Assembly (NCBI GenBank): GCA_964291295.2
Contig: OZ219754.1
Span: forward strand, 256,001-320,000
Origin: an uncultured Candidatus Binatia bacterium
GTDB lineage: Bacteria > Desulfobacterota > Binatia > UBA9968 > JAJDTQ01
DNA length: 64,000 bases
Direction of reading: 5' to 3'
Every line of letters begins with the position of its first letter. Position 1 is the first letter of the stretch. The translations under genes were made by a program, and so were the position numbers. The notes below the pieces were generated by a model. The model was not told where the DNA came from and made no database searches. It was given only the letters and a program-made list of their open reading frames with translations. This document shows positions 58,417-64,000 of the stretch, piece by piece.

Positions 58417-59982
58417 TCATGCGGGTTCGGCGCGGAGGTCGAGGAAGTTCCACGCCTCGCGCCCGCAAGCCACGCCGATCAGGTGGACCGGGCCGTCGTG
58501 CTCGCGGTAGGTCTCCGCATAGCCCCGCTCGCGCATCTGCGCCATCGCCGCGTCCAGCGCGGCAGCGCCGTCCTCCTCGCCGTCGGCCATCTTGAACTCC
58601 AGCACGAAGACCTGCCCGCCGAGACGCAGCACCATGTCCGCGCGGCCGCGATGCGAGGCCTCCTCCACGCTCAGGTCGGCGCCAGCCGAGCGCAGGCACA
58701 TGTAGAGAAGGCTCGCATACCAGGCCTCGTAGCGTGCCAGATCGCCCTTCGCATGCCACTGGTAGGGAATCCCCGCGAGCCAGGCGCGGAGCTTCTCGCC
58801 GAAACCCGCGAAGTCGTTCGCCTCCAGCAGCGCACAGAACTCCCGGCCCCGCTCCAGCGGCTCGGCGTCCCTCGTCCCCAACCACGCGAGCAATCCTCGG
58901 CTCAGGCTGACCCGAACCTCGAGGTTGGGAAAGTCCAGCCGGTAGAGAGCGTCGAAGTCGTCCTGTTCCTCCCCCGCGATGGTCAGGTATCCGGTCTGGA
59001 AGAGCAGCGCCTTGATGTCGATGTCTCCGACATCGAACTTCGAGACCCGTGACATGTCCGCCAGTCGTCCCTCCAGTTCCATCGGACTCACGGACTTCTC
59101 CATCAGCACCCGAAACAGGAAGTTCGGTGATCCGGTCTCGAACCAGTAGGGACGGAATTCCCTGCTGTCGAGCAGCAGGAGCAAGTCATGGGGATTGTAG
59201 ACCCGCTCCCCGCCCCGCCAGTGGTAGCCGTTGTACCAAATGCGGATCTTCTCGCGGTCCAATCCCGCCAGTTCGGGACCGAACACCCGGTCCAGATCCT
59301 CGTCACGATAGCCGCAGATCGTGGCGAAGCGAGGATCGAGGCTGATGTCTTTCAGATTGTTGAGCCCCGAGAACAGGCTGACCTTGGAGAACATGCTGAC
59401 CCCGGTGACGAAGACGAAACGAACATGTGCGGCGCTGTCCTTGACGATGCCGTAGAAGCCGCGCAGATAGTCCCGGTTGGCCGTCGCGAGCTCCGGATCG
59501 TGGAGCACGTCGAGGATCGGCTTGTCGTACTCGTCCACCAGCACCACCACCTGCCGGCCGGCGGCGCCGTGAAGGCGGTCGAGAACATTCCGAAGACGCC
59601 TCGGGCCGGTATCGGACGTCCGGGCGGGCGAGAGGCCGTGCTCGCGTTCCACGCTCTCCAGTTGCTCGATGATGTCCCCTTCGATCTCGCCGGGTTCGTT
59701 GTATTTCCCACCGAAGCTCAGCCACACCACCGGATGCGGCGAGGACCAGTCCCAGTGGGGGTGGATGGCCAGCCCCCGGAACAGGGGGTCGTGGCCGGCA
59801 AACAGCGATCGCAGCGTGTCGAGCAGCAGGCTCTTGCCGAAGCGGCGCGGACGGGACAGGAAATAGTGGCGACCCTCGTCCACCAGCTTCCGGACGAGTG
59901 ACGTCTTGTCGACATAGTAGAAGTCCTCGCTCCGGATCGTCGGGAAGTCCTGTATCCCGATCGGAAGATGGCGGCGGGTCAT
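58417..59982 (-). CDS. AAA-ATPase-like domain + PD-(D/E)XK nuclease protein
   Basis: LPIGIQDF..IR....YYVDKT, LSRPRRFGKS, LVDEYDKP, SGLNNL and a C-terminal GRADM...VLEFK. Confidence 0.88.
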   Translation of the reverse strand: MTRRHLPIGIQDFPTIRSEDFYYVDKTSLVRKLVDEGRHYFLSRPRRFGKSLLLDTLRSLFAGHDPLFRGLAIHPHWDWSSPHPVVWLSFGGKYNEPGEIEGDIIEQLESVEREHGLSPARTSDTGPRRLRNVLDRLHGAAGRQVVVLVDEYDKPILDVLHDPELATANRDYLRGFYGIVKDSAAHVRFVFVTGVSMFSKVSLFSGLNNLKDISLDPRFATICGYRDEDLDRVFGPELAGLDREKIRIWYNGYHWRGGERVYNPHDLLLLLDSREFRPYWFETGSPNFLFRVLMEKSVSPMELEGRLADMSRVSKFDVGDIDIKALLFQTGYLTIAGEEQDDFDALYRLDFPNLEVRVSLSRGLLAWLGTRDAEPLERGREFCALLEANDFAGFGEKLRAWLAGIPYQWHAKGDLARYEAWYASLLYMCLRSAGADLSVEEASHRGRADMVLRLGGQVFVLEFKMADGEEDGAAALDAAMAQMRERGYAETYREHDGPVHLIGVACGREAWNFLDLRAEPA

Positions 59983-60469
59983 CGGTCTCTCCCTTCGCGG
60001 CGCCGGAACCTGCGGCCAAGCGGGGCGCGCGGGACTTCCCCTGTGGTGGCTCCGAATGCCCCGGAACGGCGACGTCGCACGCACGGCCGCGCTATCCGCC
60101 TGCCTGTCCATGAGCAAGGGATAGATACGGCCAAGGCGAACATGACGGGCAACCCGAAATTCGTCCAGGAGATGTTCCGCTTCGTTCGAAACCCGGACGC
60201 CCATGTTGCGGAGCGGCGCCGGGGAGAAAGTCACTTTGCGTCGTGAACCGTTCGGTCCTGTCGCCTGAGAATACACCGCCCACCTGTTCTCGTTACGGCG
60301 CGCGTCTGCAACCGGTTCCGGTTGGGTTGCGGACTGCCGCGACAGGTTCGCTGCGGTCGTACAGGCCAAGCCGGCCGAAGACGGGAATTCGGCATGCGGC
60401 ATGAAGTCATGACGCTCGTGCCGAGCGAAGTTGCGCCGCATGGTCGGTAGCGGCGGTCCGGGTGTGGGG

Positions 60470-60734
60470 TTGCAGCGCGACCGCGCCACGCGGCTTTCGT
60501 CTTTTCGTCCCCCTGCGATCATGTCCTGAATGGCAAACGGCGAGGCCCTTGAGACCGGATTTCGGGTGTCGGTGCCGCAGAGTTCCCGTCGTTCGAGAGC
60601 TTCGATGGCGAGTTCGACCGGGAACGGGTTGGTGCTCGGGGCGACCCCCTGGTGGCCGCTTCGATGCGTTCCCACGGTTCCGGGAGCACGCAGACACGCT
60701 TGTTCAGCGTTTTCCTGCCTGCGGAATCGGTCAT
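60470..60734 (-). pseudogene. possible frameshifted small hypothetical gene
   Basis: MTDSAGRKTLNKRVCVLPEPWERIEAA in one frame continues as VELAIEALERRE...QDMIAGGR in another. Confidence 0.35.
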
Positions 60735-61628
60735 GGTTGTCGCTTCTGTCGGATGCGGGATGAGCCGATGCGGCCAACCCGGCATACGATCGATGCCCTC
60801 GGTCCACGGTCAGTCTGCGCTTCAACCGATCGACGCCCGGATCGAATGCGACGCCATCCTCGCTGGAAACAGGACCTGGATCGCACGTCAGCCGGCACCA
60901 CCGATCAGCGGCGCGAGGCCGATACCACGATGCCCGGGAGTATTCGATCCGTGGCAGAAGGTCTGCGCGATCATGCTGCAGGCGGCGCATGCGCACGTCA
61001 TCGACAGCGTGTCGATCGCCACCGATCGGTGGCAGATCTTCCCGGCACGTCAGAACGGCGCACATCTGCGACCGGTCACCCTCGTGCGCACTCCGCACCG
61101 ACAGCCGCAACCCCGGTGTTGAGGGCACCGTCGGTGCGTCAGACGTGCCGAAACAACGCCATCGGGCAGGGTTGCCTGCGCACCGTCACCGCGGAAACGC
61201 ATGCTCCAAAAGGAGTTGCAGCCCGCCCGGCGCTTGAGCGAGACGACCGGTGCGCGATCTTCGAGCGCGTCCCGCGTTCACGAGCCAAGGTAACAGAACG
61301 GGTCGCGCGGCGGAAGGATCCTGCGCCGTCCGTCACACAGGGCACACCGAACGCCGGAACGGTGGCGGGGTTGGTCTCGCAGTGCAGACGGTGCGTGTCT
61401 CCTGTTCCCGCAGCGGACCGGTGAACGACAACAGCGCCGGTATCACCGGCGCTGCGGTCTCGGTTCACTTGCTGCCGCAAGCACAGCGACCCTCCGTGCA
61501 CCCGTTCCCGCGGCGTCACCCGTGCGGATGCGTTGGCAGTTGCACGGGCCGTTGCAGTCGGAGGCGGCCACGGCAGCACCTGCACGACCGCAGGCGGCGC
61601 TCGACAGCTACACCGTGCGCGGCGCGGG

Positions 61629-63158
61629 CTACTGGACCGGCGGCCGATCCAGGCTGCGGTACTGGATGGCTTCGGCGATGTGCGGCGGCTGGATCTCTTC
61701 GGCACCGGCAAGGTCGGCGATGGTGCGGCTGACCTTCAGGATGCGGACGTAGGCCCGGGCGCTCAAGCCAAGCCTGCTGAGGGCGGCCTCCAGGAGTTGC
61801 TCTCCGGCCGCGTCCAGCGTGCAGTAGCGCTGGACGTCGCGCGCGCTCATGCGCGCATTGGCGTGGTATCCCGCCTGCTGGAAACGTTCGACCTGGATTC
61901 TCCTCGCCTGGTTGACGCGTTCACGGACGGCCGTGGAGGGCTCGCCCGGCGCACGGGACGCCAGCGCCTGGTACTCGACCGCCGACACGTCCACCTGGAT
62001 GTCGATGCGATCGAGCAGAGGCCCGGACACGCGGGAGCGGTAGCGGGTGATCTGCACGGGGGTGCAGCGGCATTCCTTGTGCGGATCGGAGAAAAACCCG
62101 CAGGGACAGGGATTCATGGCCGCCACCAGCATGAAGCTGGCCGGATAGTCGATGGAGCCGGCGGCCCGGGCCACCGTGATGCGGCCATCCTCCAGTGGCT
62201 GGCGCAGCACCTCAAGGACATTCCGGCGGAACTCGGGAGCCTCGTCGAGAAAGAGCACACCGTTATGGGCCAGCGACACCTCTCCCGGCTTCGGCACCGT
62301 GCCTCCGCCCACCAGTCCCGCATCGGAAATGGTGTGGTGCGGTGCCCGAAACGGCCGAATGGCCACCAGCGCACGGCCATCGAGCACCCCCGCCACGCTG
62401 TGGATCTTGGTCGTCTCCTGCGCCTCCGCCAAGGTCAGGTCCGGCAGTATGGTGGGGAGCCGCTTGGCCAGCATGGTCTTCCCGGAGCCCGGCGGCCCCA
62501 TCATGAGAACGTTGTGGCCGCCGGCCGCCGCCACCTCCAGCGCCCGCTTGGCGTGGGGCTGACCGCGGACGTCGCTGAAGTCGGCGTCATGAACGGCATG
62601 CTGGCGGAACAACCGGGCGAGGTCCACCCGTGTGGGCTCGATGACGCGCTCTCCGTTCAGGAACTCCACCACCTCGGCAAGGCTTTCGACGCCGAAGACA
62701 TCAATGTCCTGGACCACCGCGGCCTCGGCGCCGTTGGCGGAGGGCAGGATCAACCCCTTCAGGCCCTGCCGCCGCGCCGCCGCCGCGATGGGCAGCGCCC
62801 CGCGGACGGGCTTGACCGCACCGTCCAGGGACAACTCCCCCACCAGCACGTAGTCGGCGAGTCGGGATGCCTCCACGGCACCCTGGGCGGCGGCGATGCC
62901 CAGGGCCATGGGCAGGTCGTAGCCCGACCCTGCTTTCCTGACGTCGGCGGGCGCGAGGTTGATGGTGATCCTTTGCGGCGGGAACGGGTAGCCGCAGTTC
63001 CGCAACGCCGCCCGTACGCGCACCTTGCTCTCGCGCACGGCACCCTCGGGCAGACCGACCATGGCCAGCTCCGGGAGGCCCGAGGCGATGTCGACCTCCA
63101 CCGTCACCTTGAGCGCGTCGATGCCGTGAAGCGAAACGCCGTAGATCCTCGAAAGCAT
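61629..63158 (-). CDS. comM: YifB/ComM Mg-chelatase-like AAA+ ATPase
   Basis: [43 protein letters not shown] and SGPLLDRID. Confidence 0.93.
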   Translation of the reverse strand: MLSRIYGVSLHGIDALKVTVEVDIASGLPELAMVGLPEGAVRESKVRVRAALRNCGYPFPPQRITINLAPADVRKAGSGYDLPMALGIAAAQGAVEASRLADYVLVGELSLDGAVKPVRGALPIAAAARRQGLKGLILPSANGAEAAVVQDIDVFGVESLAEVVEFLNGERVIEPTRVDLARLFRQHAVHDADFSDVRGQPHAKRALEVAAAGGHNVLMMGPPGSGKTMLAKRLPTILPDLTLAEAQETTKIHSVAGVLDGRALVAIRPFRAPHHTISDAGLVGGGTVPKPGEVSLAHNGVLFLDEAPEFRRNVLEVLRQPLEDGRITVARAAGSIDYPASFMLVAAMNPCPCGFFSDPHKECRCTPVQITRYRSRVSGPLLDRIDIQVDVSAVEYQALASRAPGEPSTAVRERVNQARRIQVERFQQAGYHANARMSARDVQRYCTLDAAGEQLLEAALSRLGLSARAYVRILKVSRTIADLAGAEEIQPPHIAEAIQYRSLDRPPVQ

Positions 63159-63337
63159 GCCAGTATCACTATCGGCAGCGGCGCACCGGATCTTTAGCCG
63201 GCCTCCGGCGAAAGCCGCGCGCCAGTCATGACGCGGCGGGCGGTGCGCGCCCGGAGCGACTGAAGCGAACCGGCGGGAACGGGCAACTTGCCAGCGCCAG
63301 GAAATCCTGCCAGGATGTGTCATGGCCGGCAGGATGA

Positions 63338-64000
<663 letters not shown>

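Noticed and set aside
58193-58510. 105-aa plus-strand ORF after the sigma54-driven gene
   Set aside because: It overlaps the convergent AAA-nuclease gene and has no RBS or motif.
60810-61060. Possible MFS transporter remnant on the minus strand
   Set aside because: Only vague similarity (GLAPLIGG, VLFP) interrupted by stops; not supportable without blastx.
58417-61128. 903-aa ORF as one protein
   Set aside because: The family motif begins at MTRRHLPIGIQDF (59982) behind a purine-rich RBS; the upstream 380 codons look non-coding or belong to a remnant.

Overview
This is a high-GC bacterial chromosome segment. The gene order (tilS-ftsH-folP-glmM-pdxJ-nnr-tsaE-lysC-cimA-cysE-mnmA-mtaB) is deltaproteobacterium-like, and a Binatota-type, possibly host-associated lineage is an inference. 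It holds about 60 CDS and no rRNA, tRNA or CRISPR array. Housekeeping blocks alternate with accessory modules: (1) a Rieske oxygenase alpha/beta pair plus an MDR dehydrogenase with no reductase; (2) a decaying defence islet with a SauUSI-like PLD-helicase-DUF3427 nuclease, an ISAs1 fragment, a T4 endonuclease V-like glycosylase and a ruined higBA locus; (3) an LLM monooxygenase with two alpha/beta hydrolases, one lacking the nucleophile; (4) an IS5-like fold-back MITE; (5) a frameshifted RTX-repeat gene; (6) a cluster of two DUF1989 genes, two M20 amidohydrolases, an ABC importer, pyrE and pyrR; (7) a stand-alone PaaA-like diiron protein with a small protein and ETF. The most striking unannotated signals are two small autonomous transcription units. 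One is a 12-codon CxC peptide gene (MSDICSCEVTET, 32428-32466, minus strand) with a near-consensus sigma70 promoter, a strong RBS, a structured 3' UTR and a terminator. The other is a ~80-nt candidate sRNA (57609-57686) sitting upstream of a sigma54-driven small protein. Short tandem duplications are common in the intergenic DNA throughout. All calls come from motif recognition by eye; no database searches were run.
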